Assembly (NCBI RefSeq): GCF_018977255.1
Contig: NW_024704742.1
Coordinates: 99,760,001-99,824,000, forward strand
Direction of reading: 5' to 3'
DNA length: 64,000 nt
From: Callorhinchus milii
Taxonomy: Eukaryota
The notes below the pieces were generated by a model that was given only the letters and a program-made list of their open reading frames with translations, was not told where the DNA came from and did not search any database. The position numbers and the translations under genes are program-made. Shown piece by piece: positions 13,656 through 27,584 of the stretch (the stretch's first letter is position 1; every line of letters starts with the position of its first letter).

Positions 13656-14877
13656 ACAGATACCCTAACTACTATCACTAATATATACACTATAAATCAT
13701 TACTACAAATATAACTGGACCTTATTCACTACTCATCAACCAGATAAACAATAATAATAATAATTCTTGCATTTGACATAGCGCCTTATCATATCTTCGA
13801 GACGTCTCAGAGCGCTTCACAGAATATGTTGTATAGTGAATTAACTGAATATTTTGTGGGGTAAGAATAATACCCTTGTATCTTTCATAAACAATCATCT
13901 CTCAGGAAGCAGACTATCAATTTCACCCTCTCCAGATCACTAGGAAGAAATCATTCTGACATATATTCCAAAGGAAAGGTCTTGTGTCTTATCACTATTG
14001 TTCTATCATGAGATTCCTGCCATCCACTAATCTGGCATTTTCCATCCTGATGGAAATATTTGGCAGGCAATGCAATATTGCACATATGTAAAAAGGAGGG
14101 TTAATTCCATATCTTAACTGGGTTCACATTCATTTTCATTGTTAGCGTATCACCTGCAAAAAATACAGTCACTATACTTTGCAGTATATCCTGTGAAGGG
14201 CTTTGAAACAGCATCCTGATATGCATGCACTATATCAAATGAAAGGATTATTATATTGATGTAAGGATTATCATAAGCATCAAATTTGTGTTCAACTGAA
14301 TTTTCTCGCTACTACTCAGCACTCATGGGAGAAAGCAAACCTTTATTCCTTTTATTTGGACTGGAGTTAATCTCAATGTTCTAGGTAAAGAAGGAGAGTT
14401 TAAAATCCACTGTGTCAGTCAATTTCCTAATACTGTACCAGCTCTGTTTAACATACATTATAATTGACTGGTAATGAATAATCCATCAAGCCCTTTAAGT
14501 GCTCCACGTCCTTTCCAAACAATTGTTCCTTGCGTTCATTCCAACTCACCAACAGACGTTTTTGAGGTGTTGCAATTATATGAACCTGTGATAATAAAGT
14601 GAGCTAATTTGTACTCTTTAAAAAATATTTTTTAAAAATGTAAAAGTTTTTGGGTTAGAACTACCGTAAAATTTAATTTTAATAGAACATAGAATATTCA
14701 ACAAAGCCTTGCTTAGTCCACCTTATATAATCATCACCAATTAGTCATAATAAGTAAAATAATAATTTTTGATAGAGTGTCTTATTGTGCCATCCAAAAA
14801 CCTCAAAGCATTTTATTAGATTTATTGTAGAATGTAACTGTATTTTTATAGGCAAAAACAACAACCAATTTTTGCAC

Positions 14878-15165
14878 AGCAACAACAACAAATTACATTT
14901 ATATAGTGCCTTTCACGTCAGGAGGACGTCCCAAGGCACTGGACAGTCAAGGATCCGCCCCTGATCTGTTGGTGGGATCAGGAGTGGTGGATGGCGGGGA
15001 GGGTAGGGGTACAAGGAGACCCTCGAAGAGGAGGATCTTGAAGGAGGCAAGGGAGGGAGCGAGGTGGAGGGACTGTGGGATGGAGTTCCAGAGGTTGAGG
15101 GCAGAGAAGCTGAAGGCCCGCCCGCCAATGGTGGGACGGGCAAGGCGGGGGACACAAACAGCCGA
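14878..15165 (-). mobile_element. L2 3' fragment
   Basis: VPRLARPTIGGRAFSFSA; (AAC)n tail. Confidence 0.88.
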
Positions 15166-15177
15166 AAAGTGAATGAT

Positions 15178-15920
15178 CAACAGCAACAAAAACAACAACA
15201 AATTTACATTTGTATTGCGCCTTCTAAGTTGGGAAGACGTTCCAAGGTATTGGACAATGAGAGTTTCGGACCCGAGCTGGGGGTTGGGATTGGGGAGGGT
15301 GGAGGGCAGGGAGGAAGCAGGGTGATTGAAAGCACGGTCGAAGAGGAGGGGCTTGAGATGGGTCTTGAAGGAGGCAAGGAAGGGGACGAGGTAGAGGGAC
15401 TGCAGGATGGAGTTCCAGAGGGTGGAGACAGAATGGCTGAAGGCTCGTCCGCCAATGGTGGGGTGGGCAAGGCGGGGGACGTGAAGCAGGCCGGAGCCCG
15501 CTAAGTGGAGGCAGTGGGCCGTATGGTAGAGGGTTTGGAGGTCACAGAGGTAGGGGGGAGCAAGACCATGGAGGGCTTTGAAGGTGAGAACCAGGATCTT
15601 GAACTGTATCCTTTGTGTGATGGGAAGCCAGTGGAGTCGGGCGAGGACAGGGGTGATAGGGTCACAGAGCCTGGTGCGGAAGAGGACACGGGCTGTAGCA
15701 TTCTGGATAATCTGCAGCCTATGGAGGGAGGAGTTGGGGAGGCCGACAAGCAGGGAGTTTACATATTTGAACCTCGATATAATGAAGGCGTGTATGAGGG
15801 TCTCGGTGGCCTGCGGTGTGAGACAGTGGCGGAGCCGGGCGATGTTGCGGAGGTGGGGAAAGACAGAGTGGGTCATGGCACGGATGTGGGGTAGAAAGGA
15901 TAGTTGAGGGTCAAACAAGA
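15178..15920 (-). mobile_element. L2 3' portion, tandem to the previous copy
   Basis: FDPQLSFLPHI...LHWLPITQRIQFKIL...GGRAFSH; own (AAC)n-like tail. Confidence 0.92.
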
Positions 15921-17865
15921 TCTGGGAGATTGATGGCTAGGACACTGAGAGAAATGGCCCTTCTCTTTTTGAATATTGCTGTTAAGGTAATATTTTGTAA
16001 ACATGAATGGGTAATATCATGTTCTAAGTATTACTGAACCTTTAAAAAGGAGCAGCGTATGTTGTCAGTCTATGTTAGTTTTGTTTGGTTCGTCTTGGTT
16101 GCAAACAAACCCAAACATTCAACTGCTAATCCATGAAGGATCACAGCTCACAATGCACAGTGAACAACTGGAGAGGTTTTAAGGGGCTAATTCAGATCTT
16201 GTATTGCAACAATCCCATTTCCTTATTGGTATTAATTATGGGAATAAAATATATAGTGCCCTAGTGAAATTTGCTGATAAGGTATACATTTCCTTTGTGC
16301 AGAAAGAAAACCTGGCTCTCCTATGTAACATGTAAAACCCTTCCTTCCCATGGGTACTTTAAATTAAGTCATTGACAAACAACACCTTAGCACCTGGCCA
16401 ATATATCTTTCCAATCACAACCAGTGTACCTTAGGCCATTTTTAGTTGTCTTGTATATTAAGATGTTAATTAGCAAAGGCCTGTCTGTAATAACTTATTA
16501 TTGCTTTGTATCAGGGTCGTCCCAACTGAGAGCTTCCTAAGAGCAGCCAACTGCATGTTCATTAATTCTACTATATTGGATCTTCTTTGCACTGGGCAGT
16601 ATAGCTTGTGGCAATTTAACATACACTGTAATCCACGGCACATAGCACACAGCAAACAAGATTTTAATGTTTCTCCCATTTTTAGGTCTAATCCGTGAAT
16701 CATAATTATTGGAGTGATTTTATTGTAGAACTGCCAGGAAGGACCCATTATAGTTTCAGCATCAAGACTGAACACATCTTATCATTAATCCTCTTGTCTT
16801 CAGCATTCACGTGTAGTCTGAGTTAAGGCATGTTACAAAAGGGTTTTCCACAGTTCGGTCACAAGGAATTCCCATTACTTGCTTACAAAGCTAAGCATTG
16901 CACAAATAGGTGTACTCAGAATGCTGACCTAAAATATTCCATAGAGGAAATAAACATTTAGTTTTTGGAACAGTTTCATTCACATCTCGAACTGCAATAA
17001 ATAACAACCCACAATACACAATTTGTATTAAAAACAATCTGCTGAGTGGATTAGGTTCAGTTGTAGAACTGAATCAAAACTTGCTGAAGTAGCTTTAGTT
17101 GATTTAAGTACTTTGATCATGTGGGTTTATACTGAGAATGGGCCTAAGTCAGTTCATGTGCTGGGAGATATTAAATTACCTGCCTGACACATGTGCTGAG
17201 AAGCTGCTATCCACAGAAATGAACAGATTTGCATCAAGTATTTTCAGATCAGGCAGAAGTAAATCTCTTTCACTGTCCCACACTCTGAGGTAAAGGAGTG
17301 TAAGGTTTCACTCCACAAAACCACTAAATATTCCATAAGAGGAAAAAGATGTTTCGTTCTTGGAAGTTTCATTCGCATCTCAAACTGCAATAAGGCAATC
17401 TCGTCCACAAAATATGCAGTGATTTCACTTTACAGTATGTGAAGTGCTTTGAGACGTCTTGAAGACTTGATAAGCACTATATCAAATGTAAGGATTATTG
17501 GTATTATTATTCAACCATCCCAATGAGCGTGTGCTTATAATGACACAACATAAACAGATGAAGGAGCATCCTTTAAATGATTTGAACTTACACTAAGGGA
17601 GTACACTTTGCTAAAAAATGTTTCGAGAGTAAAAAAGAAGATTTAACTTGCTCTGTGCAAAATTGTTGCCATGTTTGTTGCTAGAAACAGTCACTACACC
17701 GGATAGTAAACACCTGCTGAAGCACTTGGAGATGTTTTCACATGACAAGGCACAATGTAAAGAAAAGGAAATTATTTCATTTTTTGTAGAATATTTTGAA
17801 TAAACCTGCTGGGAAAGAGCCTGAGACCCAGATACTATCCCTTTCGCTCTTTGGGTGGAACCTCC

Positions 17866-18140
17866 TGTGTCACTCTGGCTAGGTGGTTTCACTTTTGCTT
17901 CTGAGTCTGAAGGTTGTGGGTTCGTGCTCCACGTTGGGTCTTTGAACTCAGAGTCCAGGCTGACATTCCAATACAGTGGGGGGTGGGAGGGAGAATGCTG
18001 CTGCTGCCTCAACATGTGAAGATTGGCTGCCACATTCACTTACAAAGTCCAATCAATGCAGGTTGGAGTATGTCCTGTGAAGTGCTTTGAGATGTCCTCC
18101 CAACATGTAAGGTGCTATACCACATGTAAGGATTATTATC
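17866..18140 (+). mobile_element. Deu-type SINE, internally deleted
   Basis: Head ...ctgagtctgaaggttgtgggttcg and the shared 3' tail. Confidence 0.6.
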
Positions 18141-20146
18141 AGCACCATTGGTAGCAAGTAGACATGCTTGAACTAGCCATTACATTACCTGTCTGATAGC
18201 AGGGTGTTTCCAAGTCACCCACTGCAGACACTCCCTGATCTCCACTGATCTGAATGCCTTGGTCACCTGGGTTATGACCTGTCAGTTTGCTCAGAGCACA
18301 GACGCACAGCAAATTTCCAAATCATAAAAAATGAAAGAAGTTGGAATTCTAATAAGGTCAAGCCTATCACAGCACCATTCATACTTGGCCAGTTCCTGTA
18401 GTGAATATTGATGTGTAGTTAAGACACAGATTGGGTGGCCGGCATAGTGTTCTGAGCTATATTTCTGTCTGTACCCTTTGACTGCTGGAATTCAGTGTTT
18501 TCCGGTTAGTGAGAAGCACTAACCCATCTCCCAATCTCCCGTCCTCCTCATACCCCCCGCCACCGGTAGCCTCCTCCCCCTTTAAAAAGGTAGAAAACCA
18601 AAAGTAATTAAAGGGGATGGCTACACTATAAAAAAAACTTCTAGTGCAAAATAGGTCTCAAATGCAAACTTCTTCTTCTAGGTCTCAAATGTAAACTTGT
18701 AAAATTATTTCCAGTCAGTAAAAGGAAATGTGGTTAACATTACAGCATGTACTCCTGAGGAGACCTGAGATTCAGTATCAGGCAGATGCTGGAGAAATAC
18801 TCAGCAGGTAGTGTACTGTCCATTTACTATCAGCTTCCTCAACTTGCTATGTTTCCATTAGATACAGTTCAACCTCTATTAGCCAATACTCCCATACCAC
18901 ACTACAGCAATTATGCCAGTTTTGACAGACTAATTGCTTTGTTTGTACAAGCAAATTGGCTCCAGTGAATGGACCACACCTGTGATCTGTAACAGGCCCA
19001 GAAAACAGGATTTGTTTAGTGCAAATTTACTCTGATATCTCGTTTGCCAATGAAATGAAACACATCTCCAGTCTCTATTTAATCCTCAAATGCTAATGAG
19101 ACAAATCAAACAAGCAATAAACATCAGATACGGAAATTCTGGCTTTGGTTCAAACTTTCCCAGACTTTAAAGAATTTGAACTCTATAACCACAGAGGGAA
19201 GTTGATTAACAGATAATTAATGCATTCATTTGAATGTCAATTCTTACTGGAAATCTCACTTGGGAGGTTCAATGTAAATAATAGTATTATTACTATAAAT
19301 GATGACTATTCCTCTTATCTTGCTGTCCTTCATAGGTGTCAGGTTAACAACATTTTGGGAAATCATCCATCATTCTCTGGCTCCAACAATGCAGTAGTTG
19401 GTGGGTCAAATCATTGCATTGGTTCTGTGGTAAATTGTGTTTTAACATACAATAATTATTCGCTCTTTGAGGTCTCTTAATGTTGAAAGCACATACAAGT
19501 GACTGATCCCACGCCTTTACCAATATCCTCTGCAGCTGGTGAATTGTTGGCTTGAGTCACTGTCAGAGTTTGCTCCATTATCTTTCCTCTAAGAGCCGAG
19601 TCTAGATCAGGAATTCACACTGTGTAGAGATTCCCAGATTTACATTATCTGCACAATCTTTTCGAGGAGCACAAGTGAATAGCACTTCACAGTTTTAATG
19701 AATGGCATTATAGATGTACTTTAAAGTCCTAGCAGAAATATGTGTCTACTCTGTTCTTATCAGTTGCCGTTGTCACAACTTGGGCTCAGTAGTAGGCGAA
19801 CTGTGAAAACAGCCTGAAGTTCAGCAAGAGGTGCTTGTGTGTCACTCCTCATTGGAATGTGGAAAATCTGGAAAAAATGGGTGAGAAAGCCCACATAAAT
19901 TTAATTTCTGTAAATAGGGTCTAAACCACAACGATTTCTAACCAGATGCCTGAATTACAGAATCTCGAATTATATTACACTGAATCACAAGAACTTACTG
20001 CCATGTATTTCTGCCAAGGATTATAATATTATTTATTATTATTATGTAAGTTACTGTGGTGGGTGTGATGTATGCTTGGTTATTGGAAGCAGTGTGGACT
20101 TGGATTTCTTAATTCCTGTTTGAATTGACGTGCTTTAGATGCTAAT

Positions 20147-20295
20147 GGGGGAGAAATTCCGCTTTGGACGAGATTTACAACAATTTCGTAGCATTTCAGA
20201 ACATCCAACATTTACAAATTGTTGAATTCATTCTTAAATTTGAAGCCGGTTCATGGTTAGAATAGATTAAATCTAGACCCAGGTGGAATTTCTAC
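20147..20295. mobile_element. Decayed MITE-like non-autonomous DNA element
   Basis: Ends ggggagaaattcc ... taaatctagacccaggtggaatttct; right end is the reverse complement of the left end of 21308-21527. Confidence 0.5.
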
Positions 20296-21057
20296 TTAAG
20301 AGTCTGCTGACAATAGACTCAGGCCCTTCATTGTGTATTGCAGCTGTGTGACTTTGTACTGAACTTGGAAACAGCAGCTCCTCAAACACATGAGGATAAA
20401 CTGTTTGTCAAGCAGCACAGAAAACCTACCCCTGGAGCAAGACCAAAACAAGACATGACAACAATTTGTCAATTAGCTAAAAAAAAGGATGACTCTGCAG
20501 TACACAGGAAGATTGTAGATCCAGTGCAACAATGTGACCTTAAAATCCAAGAGCAGTGGAAAAGTTGAACTGAAATCCGAGTTGCACAAGCAGTGACAGT
20601 GGCTTTACATAGAAAATACCATCTTGTTAGAAGGACAGAATTTTGTAACGCCAGCACAGAGATAGAGGCAATCGGAGAGGCCAAAGTGAAATACACAGAG
20701 TCCAGCCGTTGCACACAACAGCCCTAGGCCAAACAGCTGTAACAGCAGCTGTATATTTATTGATCGAAAACTTTTTCTGTTAGGTTAAATGTCTTTGCTC
20801 TCCGATAATGCTCGGAGGCATATAGACATGGAGCCTGTATTATTCCTGGATATTTGACACTTAGTGAGCAGAACAATGCTCCTGTGTCATCTGGTGTTAC
20901 TGTGCTGGAGTCATGGGAGAGATAATAGCTCAGGATAGTGTACCCAGATTGTGATTTATCCCCTCACTATCTTTTTACTATAAATTGATCACTTTCCTAT
21001 GTGATTTTCAATATGGGATTCATCACATAAAACACACCAAAGATAGTTCATAATCAG

Positions 21058-21307
21058 AATCATTGTATTTGATATAGTGCCTTCTCACATCGTTGAGACA
21101 TCTCAAAGCGCTTCAGAGAATATACTATAGAGTGAATTGACTATATTTTGTGGGCGAAACGTAGCAGCCAATTGCACACAGCAGCGTTCTACAAACAGTC
21201 ATGGATAGAGTGACCATATTTAAACAGTTTTTTTAAGGTATTATTACCCCCAGAAAGCAATCCACCAATCAACTAATAACTGGGTACCTACTTACTGCTA
21301 GATAAAT
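21058..21307 (-). mobile_element. tRNA-SINE long form, 3' part
   Basis: Tail plus internal gggtacctacttactgctag segment. Confidence 0.75.
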
Positions 21308-21527
21308 GGGGAAAAATTCCACCTGGATCTAGATTTATTTTATTTATATACCAGTCCAGAATTTGGCAAATTCTTAAATACATCGTTAGTTTTGAAAACA
21401 TTTTTCCTTTAGGTTTATTTTAGGAATTAGAGAAAAATAACTTCAAAGCTAAGGCACAATTCAATAATTTTGCCATATTTTGAATGTTCTAAAATGATAC
21501 ATAAATCTAGACCAGGAAATTCTCTCC
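21308..21527. mobile_element. MITE-like element with imperfect ~28-bp TIRs
   Basis: ggggaaaaattccacctggatctagatttat ... ataaatctagaccaggaaattctctcc. Confidence 0.55.
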
Positions 21528-23855
21528 ATATACTGGCTAAATAGTAAACCCGTACAAAGTGTTCGGTGCATCCTAAACACTTAATCTTAATTTTTTTAAG
21601 ACTTGCAGAAACTGCCTTTCAAATTAAGGCCAAATAGAATTCTCGAAATTTCTACAAGATGTTAAATTTTAACTCAACGGTCTTAAGGCTAAGTGCATGA
21701 GCAATTTTGAGCCTCTTAGCAATAACTAGCTCACAGTCATTCTGAATGCCAGTGTTGCTTTCTCATTTCCTGGCCGTAGATTTCCCTTGAGAAGGGATCA
21801 GAAGAAGTAAAAAGCAACGTAAAACAATTTTCCTGCAAAGCTTGCGGGTTGTGGAAATATTGATTCCGAAAATTGCCCGTCAAGGTGAGGTTGCAAAACA
21901 TTGGCAGTGAAATGAGTTCATAAATGAAACTTGTGGGGTTGGAAGTCTTCTGAATTTCCCTTTTGGTGCAAACTACAATAACAACTACAAATTGCATTTA
22001 TATAGCAGTTTTCACTTTGGGAGGACTAAACTAAAGTTGCTAGTACACGCTCCGTATTAATCAAGAGGACTTTATTCCAGTTTACATGCACATCTAGCTA
22101 GATGTTTAATCAACTTGCATGTATTCATATCAATAATCCTCATGAATGCAATACATTTTACATTTATATAGCACCTTTCACATCAGAAAGACTTCTCAAA
22201 GTGCTTTACAATGCTGGGTGGGTATCCAGACTGGGGGTGGGCATAGCGCAGCGAAAGATGACAGAAAGAGCAGTCAAAAAGGTATGTTTTGAATAAAGGG
22301 GGGGAGGGAGCAAGTCAGAGAGACTCCATGATGGAGTTCCAGAAAGCATGGTAGAATGGCTAATGGTGGGCTGGATAGGGTTGGGGCCATGAAGCAGGCT
22401 GAGTCAAAGGAGCAGCCGGGTTGGTATTGCTGAATATTTTGAAGGTAAAAACCACAACAGCTTGCATTTATATGGTGCTCTTCACCCTGGGCAGCATCTC
22501 GGAGTGCTGAGAACATTGAAGGTAACACAGCTAGGTGGTGGATTTCTGATAAACTGTAACCTTATTGACATTGGTGAAAGTGCATTTGAATCTTGGTCAA
22601 TATTAGCTCGCTGGTCAATAATTGTACTAGCCTCAGCCATGTGACACTCATTTTAGAGACAGGTTGTCTTGTGAGGTTTTCAGTCTGATTCAGAACTCTA
22701 CACAAGTACCCCTTAACAATTGGGGTTACCATTCATTGAACCCAAAAATAATGGTTCCCAAGCCTCTTAGTACAACTTAGCATGCTAAGACATTAGCAAA
22801 CTTACCTACTGTGTTCAAAGTTGATCTTACAGTGTGATGTAAAGGAGTACAAATTGAGACTTGTGTAGTGTGCTTCTTTTTTAGAATTGTTGACAATCCA
22901 GACAATCCAGAAAAGACACTTTTCTGACTGCTTCACAATAGTTGGTTTGAAGTCGATCCATTTACCGTAGCATTAGACCAAAGGACGGACACAAGCTGAA
23001 AAGATGAGTAAAGCCATTAGCACTCCAACATACAAATGAATGCCATGTGGCCCATCCATTGGCAGGATGGGGGAGGGTCAGAGGGGATATTATACCAACG
23101 TGTAGTCATTAGTTATTCATTGTCTTTAGTTCTCGATTGTTTTTTTTACCACATTTATCAATGATTTGATAATAATAACCAGTGATAATTAGCAAAATGC
23201 CAGCCAGCTCACAATTTTCATTGCAAATTTTGAAAAGACTTTTGAGAAGTCACATTGGCATCCGTGAAGGTCAAAACTGATTATGTTACTGTAACATTTT
23301 TAAGATTGTGTTTGTCTCTTGCCAGTTTGGTTGGATTGGTGACCATTTTCTGGTAGTAAGCACGGAATCATTTCATTATTAACTGCTCTTCCTTTAGCTG
23401 TCAGAAGTGTGCCGCTGATTTATTGTTCAGCCACCATCTGGGGCACAAATCATGCTTTAAACGGCACAAATCTCCTGTATTTGCATCAATTATATTGTGC
23501 AAATGATTAAAATCCCTGGAGACAACAACATTTACATTAGAAAAATACTTCCATGACAGAGGTAACCCAACTGAAAGAAGGCAGCTAATTTTAAGAATGA
23601 ATCACACATTCTGAGATTGGTTGTCTATGGCAGATGTGTTCTACTGATGACATGGATTCTATTTCAGGCCTGCTGTAACTGCTGTATGCACTAGTTTAGC
23701 TGTATGAGTCCTACGCTGTACTGAATAGTTATTTCACATTGAATTTAGCCATGACATTTATTGTTTTTTAGTGCCTCCAGAAACCCATCATCACGCTTAA
23801 GAGTATCCAAACCAGACTGGGAGTTTTACATATGGAAATTTTCCAAGGTCTGGAG

Positions 23856-24126
23856 TAATAATAATTCTTGCATTTGATGTACTGTCTTAGCATGTCATCG
23901 AGATATATAAAGGCCCTGCTCGATAGCAATGTATCATAAACAACCGTGGAATGAGTGACCAATTTATTTTGGGTGGAGAGGATTGCTTGCCAAGTCACTG
24001 GGAGAAACTCCCTTCTCTTTTCGAATAGTGCCACGGGATCTTTAATGTCCACCTGACCAGACAGATGGGGCATTGGTTTAACATCTCATGTGAAGCGAGC
24101 ATGCTACCACTGAGCCAGGCTGACAC
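23856..24126 (-). mobile_element. Deu-domain SINE, internally deleted
   Basis: Minus strand reads ...ggtggacattaaagatcccgtggcactattcgaaaagagaagggagtttctccc (Deu core); head at 24126. Confidence 0.75.
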
Positions 24127-24299
24127 AATGATATATGCAGTCTCTCCTTGGAGAGTTGCACCCTGCTTAATTCTAGGAAGTATACAATGCAGGTTGGTGA
24201 GAGCCAAGGCTTGGGGACCCAGAGTATGGATTGTGATACTGCTTGAGTTTAACCAACTAAAACCATATAACTTGCCATTGAAAACACTATCCGGCAAGC

Positions 24300-24590
24300 T
24301 TTCCCAGCTGGGATCATCCTACCCATTAGGGCTTTGGGTTGCAGGGTTAACAGGAGCCGAATGGGAAGAATTCCTGCCCCCAGTGACAGTCTATCCCTCT
24401 ATGTCCTTCTGATGAGCCAGATGGCTGGTCTGTCATCAGCAATGCCCTGGAGTGCTGCAGACCCGTTTGGCTCAATAACCAGACTATTGAGACCGTCACA
24501 GAGAATTGACTTGATTCTGACTTTCCGTTGCCAAACATGTCACCTTGGAGATAGCTCAACACCAAGCAGACCCCAAGGAGAATAGTCATG
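24300..24590. repeat. Unclassified dispersed repeat (also 48395-48660 and 57998-58150)
   Basis: Shared motifs cagct(gg)gatcatccta, gttaa(c/t)aggagc, gactattgagacc, ttgcca..catgt(c/t)accttggaga, ccaaggagaatag. Confidence 0.6.
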
Positions 24591-24825
24591 GAGCTTTGAA
24601 AAAAACAACTTCCATCAGACCTAAACACTGAACATTGACTTAAAAAGGAAAGGATTTCATAACAAATTCTTCATTAACTTCTTATTAAGGAATCCCATTA
24701 AGAAATTAGATTCTGTAGTTCCTTCTTACTGTCATCACAAACTTTCAGCCCCAGGACATTGCTGACTGTTGAACAACTACCAGCACCATTCTCCTGGACA
24801 TCAGAGGAGAGACCATATTGTTGTT

Positions 24826-25145
24826 CAACAACAACAATTTGCACTTATATAGTGCCCTTCATGCGAGATAGCATCTCAGAGCGCTTCACAGTGGTGTAAT
24901 CTGACAACAAGCCAAGAGGAGAGGGAGGGGGGAGGTAATTGTAAGCACAATCAAAAAGGACGGTTTTTAGGTCGGGAGGGAGAGGCAAGGTGGAGGGATT
25001 GAGGTAGAGAGTTTCAGGGCGTAGTGGCTGAAGGCATGGCCACCGATGGTGGATCGGAGGGCCTGAGGGACAAATAGGAAGCCGGAATCAGCTGAGTGGA
25101 GACAGTGGATGATGGAGGTCGGATAGGTGGGGGGGGGTGCGAGGG
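24826..25145 (-). mobile_element. L2 3' fragment (older)
   Basis: HCLHSADSGFLFVP...STIGGHAFSHYALKL; (AAC)n tail. Confidence 0.8.
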
Positions 25146-25999
25146 AATGAAGTTCATGCAATAACCACATGTCAGGGTAATAATATACCTCACATTTATC
25201 CTGTGTGCGACTTGCACATTGAACAGTAAAGTATGATGCTCTGACACTCAAGCTATTGTACATGACCAACAAACTCTTGTTTTTTTTACATAAGTTATTA
25301 ACATTGTTAGGCATCATTGGAGTTGCAGAGATATTTATAGAAATCTTTGGGTTGGTTGCTAAGAAGTGGCACCTGGTCAGTGCAATGTGCAATGTGTACA
25401 ACCTTCAAGGGTGCTATATAAATGCAAGTTGTTGTTGTGCTATTACTATTGAGGGAATGTAGAAGTATTGTTGTTTTCTCCCTAGAAGTTCTTTATTTTT
25501 TCTACAAGATAATACAAATAATCATGGTGCTTAAGGGCTTAATTATCATTTATTACCTCCTATTTTTACTAATACAGGTTGTACTGCTTGATAGAGTTTA
25601 TTCAGCCTGAGTTGCTATATGGGGGAAAGGTGCAGCAGGTGATAATTACTTCAACTTACAATTACTGCATATAAGTTCTTCACATATAGCAGCAAAGTGC
25701 TTCACGAAGATATTGCAAGTAACTGAGGTAGCAGTGAGGAAGGGCAGGGCATAGTGGCTCAAGATTCAGTTGCCGACAGTGGGGCAGCCGAGGGTGTGGG
25801 GTATACACAGCAGATTTGAGTTTACCAAGCGTAGGAACAGAACAGAATGAGATTGGAGAAGATCACAGAGGTAAGGAGATGCAAGGGCAAGAAGGGGTTT
25901 CAGAGCGAGGATCTTGAAGTTGATCCACTGGGAAATAGTGAGGCAGATTAATTATCACATCAAGCAAAAACCCGATCAGAATCTATCAATGATTATAAA

Positions 26000-26790
26000 T
26001 AGCCTCGGAGGGGAAATGATTGCTTTGAACTACATTTTTTGTCAATGTGATGATCATCACCAGCTTTCCCTCCCCCGTCCTCCATTGCTTCTGTTGAATT
26101 GTATGCAATGCATGGCTGTTATGTACTTTGTATTCGGTGATCATAACTGATGAAGCATTGCAACTTTGCAGCTCTCTAGCCAAAGAGGATAATCCTGGTG
26201 TTGGGATTGTGTTGCAGTTGGGGGAAATGGAAGAAGAGATGAGGACATTTTGGTGGGATGGAAAGTAATGGTTAGAAGGATTGTGAGAGTGAATGAATAT
26301 GAAATTGAGCGAATATGATAAAAGACAATTCACAATCACAGATAAGGGATTGTGAATTGTCAATGGAGGAAACAAAGAAGTCATTTCAGATGTTCTGGGG
26401 AAGAAGGTGCAGATGTAGAGCAGATGTGTCAGCGATGGAAAAACTAAGAGAAGGAAATTATTGTGTGAAAGAAGGTTGGGAACAGTGACCACTCTAAATA
26501 ATTGTTAGAATCTGTGGGTTTAAAATAGGAATAGTCAAAAAAGAAATTCCTTGAGATAGAGAAAGAAAATTTCAGAACGGTTATTGGAAGAGTCAAAGAT
26601 GGATCAAGTGAAGCTGAGGGTGAAAGAGAAATAAAAGGTAAAGTTAATGAACTTCTTCAGATCAGAATGAGAACATCACCAACACAGTCATCAATGAAAT
26701 GGATGAAAAGGTCAGGGGTCAGGCCTGCAAAGTCCATACTTAATATTTGTGAGTCTGAAATAGTGCTTTTGGCAGTAAATAAAACAAGTG
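26000..26790 (-). mobile_element. Penelope-like retroelement remnant (RT core and downstream)
   Basis: Minus strand gives PDLFIHFIDDCVG (LFxRYIDD motif), YFKPTDSNNYL and HICS motifs in Penelope order; many stops. Confidence 0.7.
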
Positions 26791-27584
26791 TAACATTCCC
26801 TCGAGGCATAAGTGAGGAGTAGAATTGGCAAGAAATTGACTGAAGCAACAATTCAGGAATGAAAGGTCAGCCAGAGTTGGTCTGATGCTACTTCCTGTTT
26901 TGCAGGGCAGGCAGATGATAGTCAACACAAACACCCCTACACTGATTATTCCCACAAATTTCTGCAAATCAGCTACTGACAGGAAATTCTGAATATCCAG
27001 TTCTGGTGTAAATGGGGTTTAAGGAGTATTGGTGTGGTGTAATCAGAGTAAATCGCTTGGTTGCTTGTGTAGTCAATGACAGGATTAGCCACATGAGTGC
27101 TTCAGGGTGACCTTAGATCAGGAAGCTTTTAAATGTCAGCCAGTTGTTGGTCTGATGCTACTTCCACAATTTGCATATCCACTCAAATGGCTGGAGGAAC
27201 ACGTAAAAGTTGCTGCATCAGCAATTTCCGAGCACTGAGTGTGTTTTGCAATATTTTGTCATCTTTTAATAACAGACTCTTGGTGCATGAATAATTAACA
27301 GGCAGGCAAAGGAGGGGAGAGCTTAATGGTTGATGCACAAGAACTCAATCCATTGCATGACCTTTAATAGCTGCTTCACTTGACAGTCCTCGTGTCTCTT
27401 TTAAACCTCTCTCCATTTCTCAAATTGCATCAATTTGTGAAGGTAAGCATCACAGTGGAAGAGCAAATCTATCTAAAACACGAGCCTAACACAGTTAATG
27501 ATACAATGGATCCCTTTTTATTTCAATATTCCTTTCCATCATTTTTCTCTGATGTTTTACATCTCAAGGAGCACCACAAAGAAA

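Noticed and set aside
19760..19870. Minus-strand exon after a ttttttccag acceptor
   Set aside because: Short unrecognisable peptide with no linking exons
20338..20726. Possible pseudo-exon (long frame with one stop)
   Set aside because: No recognisable protein family and no clear donor site
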